Positions 63,054 to 64,000 of a DNA stretch of 64,000 nt are shown piece after piece. This stretch comes from Eledone cirrhosa (lineage: Eukaryota). Position 1 is the first letter of the stretch; every line of letters begins with the position of its first letter. The position numbers and the translations under genes were made by a program. The stretch is taken from NCBI GenBank assembly GCA_964016885.1, contig OZ024740.1:60202001-60266000 (forward strand), read 5' to 3'. The notes beneath the pieces were generated by a model. It ran no database searches, was not told the DNA's origin, and saw only the letters and a list, made by a program, of their open reading frames with translations.

Positions 63054-64000
63054 AGTACAAAATATAATTCATTGTATCCCTTTGTAGAGCACTTAATTCT
63101 ACGTGATACAATTCATGGAGCTGCCCGGAATAAGCACGTTCGCTCTGAAATGTCAATAATAAAGTCACACCCTAACTTCAGAGAAAATTATCACTAATTT
63201 GCTAGGAAATTAATTCACACCAGATTTTTTTAATCCAAAAAGAGATACGCATTCAATAACACATACACATACACACACAGTTTATCCCCCACCCTCTCTC
63301 ACATACACACATACAACTAACCATATAATCATGCTTAGACACGGATGCTATAATATACTAGTGGAGCCGTGCCGTCAATAATGACTGCAATAGCACTGAA
63401 CGTATTTAATTGTTGCAATCCAGCATTGATAGGCCATATATGCCAGAATTACCGAATGTATGAACAGTTATACAAACTAGGAAATATGCGTTTTGATAAA
63501 TTAACGGTTAACATAAGAGAAACCCTATAGTTATGTTTATTACTGATATTTGTAAGTAGTTAAATATAAGAATGACATTTTATTCATTTAGTTTTAGTTG
63601 TTGCAAACTGGGCCTGGCTCAGTTGAACTGGGTCTAATTTATTTTAAGCATATAATTAAATAAATTTCAGCATATATGTACAAATGACATACAAGATTAA
63701 ATGTATAATTTCGGACAAAAGACTATTTAAAGGGACAAATGTACGGTTAGAATCCAGGACCCTGTCATTGGAAACAGAACTTCTTACTGTAACAACATGA
63801 CTGAGATAAGAAATGCATTGTGTGTATATGTGTGTAAATTTTGAAGAGGTACAGACAGTGATATATATAAACAAATATAGAAACACACAGCGAATTATTG
63901 TGGTTGCTGATAGGCGATTCAAATAGGAATCTCGTACTCAGGCTTAAATTGAACATGAATTATTTACATCTACCCTCGAGGTGGAAAATATAGTGAACAA

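Noticed and set aside
63356-63396. ACTAG plus short hairpin as a second Helitron end
   Set aside because: Imperfect hairpin and no matching 5' end identified in the window

Overview
AT-rich, microsatellite-saturated eukaryotic DNA. The SINE families and (TA)n/(CA)n load resemble an octopus/cephalopod genome (inference). No complete host gene is visible; most tracked ORFs are microsatellite read-throughs. Recognisable parts: the 5' half of a frameshifted Ty3/Gypsy LTR retrotransposon (minus, 1-2889), fragments of RTE-, CRE- and Penelope-type retroelements, many tRNA-derived SINEs, a Helitron nested in a piggyBac-type MITE, a Tc1/mariner-type MITE, a 200-N gap followed by a ~14 kb (TA)n-rich array, and a candidate terminal coding exon interrupted by a SINE. 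Main signal: about 20 type I hammerhead ribozyme motifs (intact, variant or remnant) from roughly ten apparently unrelated non-coding families. Most are embedded in (TA)n tracts, and several form partial tandems (1009-bp and 530-bp monomers) or inverted pairs. Many share unusual traits: ~35-80 nt loop II inserts, a mismatched 10.1/11.1 position, NUU cleavage triplets and palindromic stem III. This suggests microsatellite-associated, Penelope-mobilised, retrozyme-like RNAs. All structures were folded by eye and none is tested.
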